This document shows, one piece after another, positions 38,441-51,740 of a stretch of 64,000 bases of DNA. The position numbers and the translations under genes are program-made. Numbering within the stretch: the first letter of the stretch is position 1; every line of letters starts with the position of its first letter. The notes below the pieces were generated by a model, which did no database searches, was not told the DNA's origin, and saw nothing but the letters and a program-made list of their open reading frames with translations. Origin of the DNA: Isurus oxyrinchus (Eukaryota); contig JANJGN010000036.1 of assembly GCA_026770705.1 (NCBI GenBank), forward strand, positions 3,782,001 to 3,846,000, in the 5' to 3' direction.

Positions 38441-40745
38441 AGTGCCCATGTCGTTTGAGTTGGAATGCGTATTGAAGGTGTCTTTTTGAGTTGCCGCAGT
38501 TTACCGTGTGGATGTTACACACTGCAGTCACTGTGCATTGGTGCTAGAGAAGGTCAATATTTGAGGTATTGTTTGGGGTGTCGCTCAAGCCGACTGGCCC
38601 AGGGACAGCCTGGGTACCAAACCCACATCTACGAGGTAGATTCAAATGAGCAATCCTGAAGTAAGTGACCATGAGAAAACATACAACAATGTCCTGTCTG
38701 ATGGGTGGTTAATTAAATTGAGCTTATTTTACACTCTGAGTGTTCAAATGATCCCCTTTGCTCCTGTGGAGAACTGATCGAAACACCTGAATTGTTCGAT
38801 AACTAACCTCAAGTTAACTGGGTACCGCATGAAATGGGGAAGCATGAAGATTTTACCCCCCCCTCCCCCCCCCCCCCACACCCCCGTCTAGACTGAGTTG
38901 ACTGACCCCAGTGGCGGTCAGAATATGTAACCAATTTTTAAGGGTGTTGAAGTAGCTCAGAGCGCCGCATAGTGTTTTCAAACAGATTGAACAATATTGC
39001 ACTTTAACACAAAGTTGAACAGCCATGTTATGTAACTTAGCATATTTTATGAATAAAGTTGATATTTTGGAAAACTAAAGTATTACTCAGTCTGATCCCC
39101 TTTGTTGTTCTATGGAACGGTAGTTGGTATTGATCTCAGAGTGCATCCCTGGGAATAGCCCATAGACCACAGAGCATTGAGTCTCGGGAAGAATCTCGAC
39201 AGAACGCACTGCATCCCTTTTCACAGTTTCTTCACAAAAGCGCATTGCAGCATTTAATCTACCCTGTTATACTTTTTATCAGAGATCGATAGCTTTTGTT
39301 CATTTCCTTCCTTCCCCACTCTTTGTGCGAAACTTGTAAAGTGTGTAAAACCATTTCGAACTCTGATCTAGGCTAAGTGACCTGAAGCATTTTGTCAATA
39401 AGCTTCATGGAAAGACATGGAATTAGTGAGGTCTCTGAAGAGAAAGAATTGCCTTTTTAAATATCAACTGCAATTATGTGTGTTTTGGATAACAGACCGC
39501 ATTGGAAGACAGTAATTTGGTTTTCATCTTATGCAATACCAGCTTTTAATGGCCGTGTAATGCACTTATATGAATTTTCATGAATGAAGCGTAATTTAGG
39601 AAAAATAAAGACTTGTCTGAAACTCCCTCAGCACCTGACAAAGCCTCGTGTCTCCCGGCTGACCAAGTTTTCAAAACGATTTGAAGTTTTACACAAGGTT
39701 TTATTTATCGGTTTTGAGTTCAGTGAAATATTGCCCACTTCTCTATCTCCTCGCTGGAAAAATCTACCACTTTTACTACAATTGAAAGGAGCTGTTAATG
39801 GAAAACTGGTTGTTTGACCGCAACCTGGCTGCTGAAGTTTTGAAATTGCAACACAAATGCAGCGGTTTCTTATGCATATCCTGACTCCTCCACAATTCAT
39901 CCCTCATTCTTAGATTTAAAAACAGCAATGCTTGTTTGACATTTTTGTCTGATTACAGTTTTAATTTGCAAAGAATATTTATCCCGATTAACAGAGGTTT
40001 TAGCAGTCTATAATGATCATCTTCATTTGCAGCACTATCCCTATTATCCCTCTATCTGGAATCTCACTGTCACCTAACAATACAAATATAATTTAAGTCT
40101 TAGGGAGTAATGCTTTCGACCGACTCTTTATCCAGGAATGAATTTGGCTGCATTGAATACGTCGCCTATAGGAAGGTGGGAAAGGAGGGAGAAGTGAATT
40201 CGATTCTATCAGCTTTCCAAAGGGATCGACTATTGGCCGGGTCACTAATATAACTATCAGGGTAAAGCATCGGAGACTCTCAGCCAGCAACAACACTATC
40301 GTAAACTGGGCTGGATAAGAAAAGTTGAGATCATTTGGGTGGAGAGAGAGAAACTGTTAAGTACCGTAGGTGGGGTGTTTGTGTGTGGCGGGGATTCGGT
40401 GGGCTGGAGAGGGTGGTTGTGCGGGTGGTTGGCAGTGTTGGCGCCAAGGACAAAGTGTCATTAACTATACATTATGTAGGCCGTCCAGGGGTGATATCCG
40501 GAAGCAAACGCCACTCAACCCAAAAAAATGGCTGCGGAAATTTAATTCGCTGTGCGCTCCTGAAAACATGACATGAGCTGGCGGCTTAGGCACTTGTAGG
40601 TCTCTGAAATGGAAGAGTGGTAGGTGATTAACACAGTTTATGTTGAAAAAAACACACGCTCCACACTCTCCTTCACCTTGAGCAATGTCCCTCTACTGTA
40701 TGCTGTCGTAAACCCTCTCTCCCTATCTCTCTCTTTTTCTCTCTC

Positions 40746-40787
<42 letters not shown>

Positions 40788-40800
40788 AGCATGCGGAGCA

Positions 40801-41304
40801 TCCCTCACTTGTACAGGTACATTAATGCATATGTGTGAATTGCTAACTCTTACAGATATGTAGGACACAGTGATCCTCTCTATATCCCTCACTTATACAT
40901 TTACACTATCCTGAGTGTGTGAATTGCTAACTCTTACAGATATAGAGGGCACAATGATCCTCTCTATACCCCTCACTCGTACAGTTACATTATCTTGTGT
41001 ATGTGCATTGCTAACACTTCCAGGTTAATTGGACACAGTGATCCTCCCGATATCCCTCAATTCTACAGGTACATTATCCTGTAATTGTGAATTGCTAACT
41101 CTTACAGATATACAGGACACAATGATCTTCTCTATATCCCTCACTTGTACAGGTACATTATCCTGTGTGTGTGAATTTCTAACTCGTACAGATATGCAGG
41201 GCACAATGATCCTCTCTATATCTCTCAATTGTACAGGCACATTATACTGTATGTGTGAATTGCTAACTCTTACATATATAAAGGACACAGTGATCCTCTC
41301 CATA
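40801..41304. repeat. 84-bp minisatellite, 6 copies
   Basis: Units start at 40801, 40885, 40969, 41053, 41137 and 41221 (tccctcacttgtacaggtacattatcctgtgtgtgtgaattgctaactcttacagatata...). Preceded by (CT)n/(CA)n. Confidence 0.9.
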
Positions 41305-44289
41305 TCCTACAAGCATCGGGGAGCCTGTTTCTGCATTTTGGTTTGCAGCACAAACACTTATATCAATGATCCATTTATGCTGCAGCCCAGGCAAATTTCA
41401 GGAAGGAGAGAATGGAGATGTAGCAATCTGGTTCACCTTCCTTTGACTATTTGTTTTTTGGAAAATATACACAGAAGTCGTCACGCAAGAGGAGCGGCCG
41501 GGCACGGGGGGAGGCAAGAAGTGACTACGGGAGGACCAGAGAGTATAGAGGGAAATAAAGGGCGTTTCAGCGGCCCCCTGTGGACAGGAGGTGGAAAGAT
41601 CAGCAGCCATATTCTCTGAGAAAGGATCCCTACTGAAAAAGTGGTAAACGCTGATGGAACTGTTGTTCTCGTGTTTACAATAACAGCGGCCCTTTGGATC
41701 CCAACTAACATTTCGGCTCCCCTTCCAAGGCTCTCATATACAAACTTTCTTCATTCTTAACCTTCCTTCTTACCGGGCCTAACAAACCAGTGTATTATAC
41801 AAATTTCACCCATCCCCCCTCCCTCTTCTCCACTTACACTTTACACTTTCCAATCACATTATACTGACCTAGCCCCTCAGTGCCCTCATTGAGCATGAGA
41901 ACTCTGCTTTTAAAAACAGAGACAGACGTGCATTTCCAAAGCGCCTTTTACGACCTCAGGGCACCCTCTAGCGATCGGCAGTCAATTCTGATCTTTTTTT
42001 GAAATGTCATTTCCGTTTTAATGTGGGAAGCGCAGAAGTCGATTCGCACAACCATCAATGTGACAATGGACAGATTTGACTGCCGGGTAAATTTTGGCAC
42101 CAGGGCACAGAGGAGTTCTTCACTCTCGCCTGCACGTCTTCCAATGTTGGCCATGGGATTTTTGCATCCAGCTGAGATGGCTGACAGGCCTGCGATTTCA
42201 AATCACACCTAAGAAACTACTCCTTCCACAGCATTTTCTCAGTTCTGATACTGATAGAATCAACCTCTGGAGTGGACATGAACCCACAACCCTGTTATTC
42301 GAAGGTGAGGGATGTACCAACCAAGCCAGTCAACGCCAGCCAGAAACCCAAACCACAGGATTTGTCTGTTTAAACGTGTAATAGCCCTTAATACTTTGAT
42401 GTTCCTAAAATCCATTTCCAGGGGCGATGTTGAACTAGAGTCATTTTGAATTCTGGGGAATAACCGATCAATTCCCTGCTCTATATTAAAGGTAAGAAAG
42501 GAAGAAAATTGAGAGAGTGTTTAACAGCGGAATGATCCATTCATCCCTGATACAGACTATCTTCCAAAGTCAATATGTTTTATTTTTAAAATATTTATTC
42601 ATAGGATATGGACATCGCCGGCAAGGCAAGCATTTGTTTCCCATTCCTAATTGCCCCTGAGAAGGTGGTGGTGAGCCGCGTCCTTGAGCCAATGCAGTTC
42701 CTGTGGCGGAGGTGTCCCACAAATCCATTTGACAAGGAGTTCCTGGATTTTGACTGAGAGACATAGGAGGAATTATGTCCATGTCTGTTTGCTGTGCAAA
42801 TTGTTGATATTGGTGCCGCCGTTTTGCCCCTGACCTTTGAGCAGGTAGAGGTTGCAAGGTTTGAATGTGTTTTTGAAGGGCGCTTGGCGAGTTGCTGCAG
42901 TGCACATTATAGATGCTACACTCTGCAGTCACTGTGCGTTGGTGCTGGAGATGATGAACATTTGAGGTTTTGGATGGGGTGTTGCTCAAACAGACCAGCC
43001 CAGAGACAGCATGGTTATCAATCCCACATCTACGAAATAGATTGAAATGAGCAACGTTGACATAACAGATAATGAGAAAACACAAATAATTTCCCTGCCT
43101 CATAGGTGATTAATTAAATAGATCCTACTTTTCACCTTTTCTGGATGTTCAAATGGTCCGCTTTGCTGCTGTAGAGAAGTGATGGAAACACCTGAATTGT
43201 TAGATCACTAACCTCCCGTTAACTGGCTACCGTATGAAATGGGGAAATGGGAAAATTTAATCTCTCGTTTCGATTGACTTACCTGATCCCAATGGAGGTC
43301 AGCGAAGCTAACCAGTTTGTAAGGGTGTTAAAGCACCTCAGAGTGCTACATACTGTTTTGACGGAAGTTGAACTGTATTGCCCTTTATCATAAAGTGGAA
43401 TTGCAACGTTTTATGACTTATCGTATCGTATGAATAAAATACATATTTTGGAAAGCTGAAGCATGACAGTCTGAAGCCGTTTGTTGTCCAATGTAACGGT
43501 ATTTAGTGGTTATCCCAGTGTGAATCCCTGGGAACAGCAAGTCGAGCACAGGGTCCAGCGTCACGTATGACGCCCAGGATCTTTCTCGACAAAGACCATT
43601 GCCTCTCTTTCACAGTTGCTTCAGAAAGATACATTGTAGCATTTAATTTGCCCTGTTCTCCGTTGTATCACAGGCCGATCGTTTTTCTTGATTTCCTCCG
43701 CTCCCCGCTCTTTGTGTGAAACTTGGAAAGTGAGTAAACTTTTGGAGCTCTGACCTGAAGCATTAAGTCAGAGAGATGCATGGAAAGACAAAGAGTTCGT
43801 CAGGTCTTTAGAAGACAAAGACTTGTCTTGTAAATGTCAACTCTATTTGTAAATGTGCTGAGCAACAAAGAGTGCTGGAACAAACTTATTTGGTTTGCAT
43901 CTAATGTAATGTCGGATATTAAGGGTCGCATAAGCACGTTTATAAATTTGTGCATTAGGAGAAAGAAAGACTTTTCTGAAACTCCCTCAGCCCCTGACAA
44001 ATCCTCATGTCTCCCGCCTGCCCAAGTTTTCAAAATCATTTGAAGTTTTGCACATGCGTTTGCAAGGTTTTATTTATCGGTTTTGAGTTCAATGAAACTT
44101 GTTCACTTCTATATCTCCTCCTTGGGAAATACACAAGGTTTAATCTAGTTGAAATGAGTTGCGAGGGGAAAGTTGACTGTTTGGCTGTAAACTGGCTGCT
44201 CAACTTTGGAAATTGCAGCGCAAATGCGGTGGATTCTTAGGCAAATTCTGTCTCCTCCACAATTCATCAGTGAGAGTTCATCGGGATTC

Positions 44290-44370
44290 TCATCTGCCAC
44301 CGGCCTTCTTCCTTGATCCATTTTCCAATGCAGCAAACTCCAGGGAGGCAAAGAGAGGTCCTCTCGGAGT
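44290..44370 (-). pseudogene. Type B terminal exon with Tyr-to-Phe motif, TPRGPLFASLEFAALENGSRKKAGGR* (probably belongs to B3)
   Basis: tttcccag| acceptor. 81 nt, the same length as the B2 last exon and homologous to it. Confidence 0.75.
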
Positions 44371-45199
44371 CTGGGAAACATATTAAACATTATAATTGAA
44401 AGTAAGTAAAAGGCAGGTCAGGTAATCTCTCCAAAATTTATCAAAGCCTTACCAGGTTTTCTACGAGTCCTGTTAAAGAATGCTCAGCTGTAGCTCCACG
44501 CTGAACTCGTGGCTGCTTTCGTATTCCTGCCATTTTATGTTGAAATTGTCCTCCCTTTTGATGACTTCCGGATGATTTCCCGCCCCCGCTCCCCCCGCAC
44601 CACCACCCCCCCCCCCCCCCCGCCCCCCCCCACCCCCACTCCTACTGTCTGTGCAGTAGCTTCATTCCGCCAGCAGAGGGTGGGATTGTATCAATTTAAT
44701 CAAAAGATAGAGAAGCATGTTCGGGGAGAAGAGGGTTCGGCCTATTTTAATTCATTCATTCGCCCTGAGACAAAAGATCGCCCATTGTCACCATCTCGGC
44801 TGCTTCTGACATGACTTTAAGGCCTTTCACCCCCAATGCCAAATACGCACCAGAACTGATATTTTATATTTTTTGTCTTGAAATTATTTTTCTCTTTAGG
44901 TATTTAGCTGAATTCATTTTGAAAGTTAGTATTGACAGCGGCAGCTGCGCCAAGAACACACACAGCAATGCGTGCACACACACACAAATGCACACAAACA
45001 CACACACAAACAGCGACACATCTGCGCCTGAACAGACAGAACCTGAGTGTTCTGGTTCTCGATACCCCTCCCCCCGCTCCCTGCGCCCGCCAATGGGAAA
45101 TCTTTCTCTGATCCACACTGTTTAGGGTCATAAAAAGCTTGCAGCAGAAAATGCGGCCATATGAATCATTCCGTTGCGTCGGCCGACTTTCGAGCCAAT

Positions 45200-45600
45200 C
45201 AACCCAGTACCACTGCACAGTATTTGGTCCAATGCACTACACGTGAAAAGACAAATTTTAAATGTGTTGAGGGCTTCTGCCTCTTCGAGAAGTGGGTTCC
45301 AGACCCAAACAACCCTCTGGGTGAATAAGAAATCCTCGTCTCGCATGATTCTGAACACCTCCATCGAATCTCTCAACCTCCTCTTCTCCAAGGTTAACAC
45401 TGTCCATTTCTCCAATCTATCAATGGAACTGAGGTCGCTGGAGCAATTCGTAACAATCTTCCCGGGAACCTCTCTGATGCCTTTACATTAACGGGTAACA
45501 CACAGTTGATGCTCAACCAGTGTTCATAAAACTTCATTGTAACTTCCTTGCTTTTACAATTTACACCACAATTTAGAAAGTCCAGGCTCTCATATGTCTT
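45200..45600 (-). mobile_element. CR1 LINE 3' fragment
   Basis: TLEKRRLRDSMEVFRIMR...FTQRVVWVWNPL. Confidence 0.75.
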
Positions 45601-48600
45601 TAGCAGCTTTTTGTTTCTATACCTAAGGAAGGATTTAGCAACACACTAATTAAAATCAATCAAAAAATTGGAGTAAAATCGATGTAAGACTGATGAAAGC
45701 GCTCTGAATGTGTTAAAAAGCGACATGGCTGAACAATGTCCTAAAGAGAGAGGCCTGGCCTTTATTTGTCTCGAATCACACATTGACCGCGAATGTCCTC
45801 AGAGCAACTTAGTGATGTGTATTTATAAAGCACTATTCATGACTTTCGGGTATCCCAACGCATTTTACCAGTAATGGAGTAGTTTTGATGTCCAGTCGTT
45901 ATTGTTTAGACAATCGAGAAGCTCATTTCAAAGAGAAATACGGAGATAAAGACTCACAGATAAAGGGTGAGATTGTGCTGTACATATTTCAGAGTTGAAG
46001 CTGAGATAGAAGGGTTGCACAGCAGCAGATGTGAGTGAATCTTTCCCTTTTGCCTGCTGTGTAATGGAGATGTACAGGAGCTGACAGGCAACACCTCCTA
46101 ATTATATAGCACCTTTAACCAAAATATCGTAAGATGTTTCACCAGGGCCTTATGGAACAACATTTGAGACCAAGAAATTAGGCTCAATGATCAGTTTCGT
46201 CGAAGAGATCGATTTTGCAGAGCGTCTGCAATGAGGAAAGAGAGAGATAGTGAGGCAGAGATTTTGAGGGTATCAGTTCCACAGTTCGGGCTTAGGAAGC
46301 CTAAGGCACGGCCAACAATGATCACAGAATCACCGTGCACTGGATCTCTGAAAGAGCATTTTATCTGAACCCACTACCCTGCAATATCTCCGTAATTCTG
46401 CACTTTCTTTCTTTTCTGGCAATGGGTTATCAAAGTTGGGGATCTTCAAGAAGACAGAATTAGAGGGACACTCATATCAGAGGATTGTGGAACTGGAAGA
46501 TATTTCAGGTTGGGAACAATCCTTTGGGGAAGCTATTTCCAAACTTCTACCATCCTTCGTGGTTAGAAGTGCTTATTTTAACTCTTCTAAAGCTTTCCGA
46601 CCACTATTAAACAGTAGACGGTTCCCCTAGCCCTATGTTCCCCCTGTAGTAGAAATAATTGCTCTCAATCTGCCCTATCAGTTTCCATTATTATCTTGAA
46701 AACTTTGACCAACTCAAACCTGCTTTTAAATTCCAGTAATAACGTGTGAATTGCTTCATTGCGTGTAAAGCATTCGGAAGGACTTCAACTAGTCTCCAGC
46801 CTGTGTAAAAGGTTTTTCTAAAATTCTCCAACAATTGTTTTTGTCTTGTTTTAGACAAGGCGACGTGAGTTTGAGGTTTAAATGAAATACTCGGTGATAA
46901 TTTTAATTCATTTTACTGCGGATCTGAGAACGGTTGGGAGCTGGGAGTGAAATTCCTGCTGTCTGTCTATCTCCCTCGAGCTTTGTCTCTGTTAATTAGC
47001 GATAGGGAAACACAGCAATATGATGTCATTGACGGAGTATTTGAAAGTGCATTTCAATGAAGATTACACACAGAGAAGGTTCAGAGAGAGAGATGAAGAG
47101 ACACCGGGAGAGATACAGAAACACAAAAAGATAGGGATGCAATGGCAAAATGTTCCACTGCTTTCTGTTTCCAACAATCCTCACCTGAAACAAATTGACC
47201 CCACCGTGACCCCATTCTCTGTGAGATCGTGTTGTTTGTACAGGGCCTGCGCCCTGTTCCGTTCACGGCAAGAATGCCCTCAAATTCGGAGTATGAGATT
47301 TGAGAGAAAGAAGATGCCGGGAATGGGGGGAAGGGTGAAAAAGAGAGAGAGGAACAGAGCTAAGGAGAGAAAAATCAGATGGGGCGCGCGTTGGAGGCTT
47401 GGACGGTAGGGCAAGTAGGAACAACTTTTAATGGACTGACTGATACCGAGGGCCTAGAAATGATTTGTTAAATGTGAAGCTGCGTAAACAATTGTTATAA
47501 TCACTGAATACCGTCCGTGTTGTAGGCAGAGCAGCGAATTAGACATTGACATGAAATGTGCTTTGAGGAGGGTGAGTAATTTGAATTCAGTTCATAATAT
47601 TTTCTGAAAAGACTCATAAAAAAGACTTCCAAAGGGATCAGCGGCTTCTTCCCAGTTGGAAAGTGGGAGGATAGTCCTTTCTGGTGTGATTCGAGTTGGG
47701 GGGCGGAGAAGGGGGGAATGATTGTATATTATCATATTGTCGAGGTGGGGTCTTGCTGTCCACGAGTTGCCCACAGCCTCCCCTACATAAAAACATTGGT
47801 GACACTGTCCAAATTCAGTTTGCTGAGTTGTAACTGTGGATTCTCAATATAAAGCACGGCTTCAGTTTTAGGTATCGTCAATTAAAATGGTGAGATGGAA
47901 ACTTCGCAGAGTGCATCTCAGCCACAATTCATCCCGAGACATGGAAAGATTTATCGAGAACATTAGAAAGGGAAAGTTGAGCAGAGATGTCGGGCTAGAC
48001 AGGTACAGAAAATGAGAGAGAGAGGAACAGCGAGACAGGAGACTGTACGAGAAGTGGAAGATTCAATGTCTAACATTGAATATCCAACAGCACCAATCCT
48101 AGACTGAAAGGGTACAGCGGGATGGGGGAGGGGGTGTGGGTGCAGAGAATGGGAGAGGGATAGAGGTGAATCATCAATGTTTGACTGTTTCACCATGAGG
48201 CAGAAAATGTATCTGGAGTGGGCAGGTTTAACACACAGGGAGAGGAGCAGTCTCTGGGAGCGTAGGCTTCTTTTGGGTGTGGGGGTAGGGTTCCAGTGTT
48301 TATTCATTATCCAGCTTCTGAAGTAAGGTCCCACCCCCACCCTTTCCCCTTCCAGGATGTGCTATGTATTTTATAAAAATATAAATACTGAGACAGTCAT
48401 GTGGCTTTGGCACCTTCATTTAATTTGAAATCTGCTCCCATTGTCTCCTTTCAAAATCAGGGCATGCGTTATATAATGGTGACCCCTGAGATTGTGTATG
48501 TCAGTGAGTGAGAGGAGACCTGGGATCTTGCTCTGTCTTTTCGGATCCATCTACTTGCTTTCTTTTGATCAACTTCCATGGCCTCTCTGTTCCCGAGACG

Positions 48601-49554
48601 AATTTATTTGGAAGCTGCCGTTTTTGCCGAGGCAAAGAGTGAATACTCTTGCGACCAGGAATCCTCGGACAAGCGCTGTAACAGGACGGGGAAGTAAGAA
48701 TAAATGTACATATCACGTCAACATCAATTTTTCTACACGGATAGAAGTCTTACCTCTAAGATAGCTTGTGGGATGTTTACAATGAGGGGCAGCGTCTGCG
48801 GGGTGGGGCTGAGCTCAAGGGTAAGAGGATTGAGACTTGCTATTACCGAGGGAGACCAATGTAATCCTATAGATTTTAATCCCACCATCTCTTCCTGCAA
48901 CTCTGCATCTCTCTTCACTTTCATTGCTATTTCCCCACATCTTCGAATTTCTCACTCTCTTCACATCCTTCCCTCTTTCTGAACCTTTTTCTGTGGCTCT
49001 CCCCTCACCACAACCCCTTCCCCTCCGCTCCCCACCACGAATGCTATTTCTTTCGCTATTTATCTCCCAACATATCACTTCATATTGCTTCATTTTAAAA
49101 AAATCGTTAACTGGATGTGGGCGTCACTGGCTAGTCCACTATTTATGGCCCCTTGAGAAGCTGCCTTCTTAAACCGCTGCAGTCCCTGTGGTATCTCTGT
49201 ACTCACATTACTGTTAGGGAGGGGGTTTCAGGATTTTGAACAAGCGACAGTGTCGGACAGAATATTTCCAAGTCAGGATGTTGAGTGGTTTGGAGGGGAA
49301 ATTCCAGGTAGTGGTCTTTCTACCTATCTGCTACCCTTGTCTTTCTAGATGACAGTGGTCTTGGGTTTGGAAGGAATGTTTAAAACGAGGAGGATTTTTT
49401 AATGAAGATTTAAAATGATGAATTTCCAATAGAGACTGACTGATGATGTGAAAGTCATGTTACACAGAGCACAGAGATGGGCTGACAGGGGTGGAGTTGC
49501 AGTGGAGGACAGAAGGGTTAATAATTGCATGTCTAAAGGACAGTTGATCAATCA

Positions 49555-49920
49555 AATTTGGACCTGTTCACATGGAAGGAGTGATTCAGGCAGGGTTCTA
49601 TTCAGATAGTGGTGGAATCAGACAGGGATCTGTTCACAGGCTGGGGGAATGATTCACGTCCATTCACAGTGAAGGTGTGAATCAGGCAATGATATATTCA
49701 CATCGTGAGCAACAGCAGATAGGGATTTGTTCACAGGGTGGTAGGGAATCAGACAGTGCTCTCTACACAGGGTGGGGCAATCATACAGGGAACTTTTCAC
49801 ACGGCCGGTGGTGAATCAGGCAATGACCTGTTCACAGGGTGCAGATCAAGGCAGGAGTTCAGTTCACAGGTAGCAGGATATCAGGTGGTGGTGGGAGATC
49901 AGACAGTTGCCTGTTCATCG
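49555..49920. repeat. Degenerate ~30-33 bp tandem repeat (ctgttcacaggg...gaatcagrcaggg)
   Basis: The ttcaca and gaatcag(a/g)ca motifs recur with roughly 30-bp spacing. Confidence 0.65.
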
Positions 49921-50029
49921 GGAATGAGTGTTATCCGTGGGAAGCTTCGGAGAGAGGATTATCCAGGGGGCAGTTTCGGGTGGGGGTTAGTTATCTAGGG
50001 AGCAGCTTCGGCGGGGGTGATTTAGAAAA

Positions 50030-50710
50030 ACCCAGGCAGCAGACTGCTTCGTATGTAGGCAGACACTAGGCATGTAGGTGATGTATCTCAGAGAGTTGTG
50101 GATGGTATCAAACAGAGTGCGCCTTCTGCTGCTCACAACGGGCAAGTTACAGACCGTGCCCGTTCTTGCAAAACTCAAACCACAGTGTCCAATTTTTGGT
50201 ATCATCCCGCGACTGGACAACGTTTGCTAAATAATTATCGATGTGCAAAATATCACACTGACAAACAATTAAGGTTGTCAGTCAGGCTCACAATGTGGTA
50301 CATTTGCGTGTACCAGAAGCTACACATATTAGTACATAGAGCCTCTGACAGACAGAAAGAACATGCACGCACATTGCGCCTTTTTGAGCTGAACAAAATA
50401 AGTGATAGACGTTCGCTGGTTCATTCCTCAGTGCAAAGCCTTGACCAATCAGAGTCAAGCTGCCCGTGTTAAATTTAAAAATATGTTTGAGAGTTAATTG
50501 TCAGTCACCATCACTGGTGCATCTTCCATGGCAAAGTCCCTACCAATAAGAATCCACTTGCTAACCAACAGCACTCATTTCTCATTAAGTATGAGATTGT
50601 TGCTCCCCCGACATCGGGATTCTTGCTATTGCCCTGATGAGTGAAAGCTAGAAAACTTCAACAAAAGGCTTGTTTTTTCAGCGATACTCAAGTTCTGTGC
50701 TAACAAACTA
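50030..50710 (+). mobile_element. Penelope-like element remnant (GIY-YIG region and terminal repeat)
   Basis: SYVGRH...DGIKQSAPSA resembles the PLE YVGRT..RL.DRIKQHVP motif. A CTGATGA...GAAA hammerhead-core remnant lies at 50634-50654. Confidence 0.55.
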
Positions 50711-51409
50711 CTATGCACTCTATTTCAGTACAATATGTGGCATTCTGCGTTACTTCAATGGACTCACAGCGTGATTGAATTCACAGCTCTCATTTAACAT
50801 CAAACATTTTCTGTTGCCTTGTGTTACAGAGGTAATATTGACAGTGCAGAACATTATCAGGACACGCGTAGATACGTTGTCATCTATTAAACAAGTTTCG
50901 GCACCAATCAGCTTGCACCTTTGAATAAAATGGCTTTTGACTTTTATTTTTGCTTTTAGTTTCGCACCTCCCTAACTCCCGCTAAAACCATGATCTGTGC
51001 TAACAGCTCAAATGTGTAAGGACACTCTTTGTATCACACTAACTCACCTTACTAATAGTGATTAACTGGCGTCTTCAGATTAAACATGAGTTGCAAACAT
51101 AACAGGTCACTGCAAGATGCAAAACATACTTTTGAATGACCTTACAACAGCAATTCATTTTGTGCTGCTTCCATTACCAAGTGACGTTCACACCCAGGAA
51201 CGTCACGGTGGTCGGAGCGACTATAAACATCACAATTACTTGGACTGTAGGCACTCGGCCTAAATATACAGAACAAACAAAGAATGAAAAGCCAGACAGT
51301 AACTTTTATTTTATTTATTCTTTCACAGCATGTGGACATCACTAGCTGGGTGACCACTTATTTCCCAGCCCTAGTGGACTCTGCTGGGTCCTGTCGTAAT
51401 CACAGACCC

Positions 51410-51740
51410 AGACATACACACGCTCACATTCTTTCGCTCTCTCTCTCACACGCACACACACAAACACACATGCTCTCCCAAACACACGCTCTCTCCCACA
51501 CCCACACGCTTACACAGTCATGCTCTCTCGCACTCACACACACTCCCACACACACAAATACATGCGGTCTTTCACACACATGTTCTCTCATCCACACGTC
51601 CTGTCAGAAACACGATTACACACATACCCTCCTTCTCACACACGCACAGTCTCTCACAGACACAAACGCATGCGCTGTCTCATGCACCTGCTTCCCATAC
51701 GCTCTCACAGGCAAACATTCTCACACAGACACTTACATAA
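51410..51740. repeat. CA/CT-rich low-complexity tract
   Basis: Direct inspection. It explains the spurious H/T-rich ORFs. Confidence 0.85.

Larger units (their letters stand above)
35775..44268. repeat. ~4.2 kb tandem duplication (unit 1 ~35775-39900, unit 2 ~39901-44268)
   Basis: Both units begin ctcat(c/t)cttagattta and end ctcctccacaattcat, with collinear matches throughout (e.g. 38620-39100 vs 43020-43490). They carry the 3' UTR and flank of a type B gene. Confidence 0.85.

Noticed and set aside
40866-41292. CACAGTG heptamers as recombination signal sequences
   Set aside because: They lie within minisatellite units, lack a nonamer at 12/23 spacing and are not adjacent to V or J segments.
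40801-41304. CRISPR-like array or repeat-protein gene
   Set aside because: Contiguous tandem units without unique spacers in a vertebrate context. The ORFs arise from the 84-bp unit length.
48492-48820. Hydrophobic ORF and a possible small exon ending at |gtaaga
   Set aside because: No paralogy or domain signal, and it cannot be tied to a gene model.
51136-51345. Beta-strand-like ORF (VTFTPRNVTVVGATINITITWTV)
   Set aside because: Lacks Ig Cys/Trp spacing and clear splice sites.
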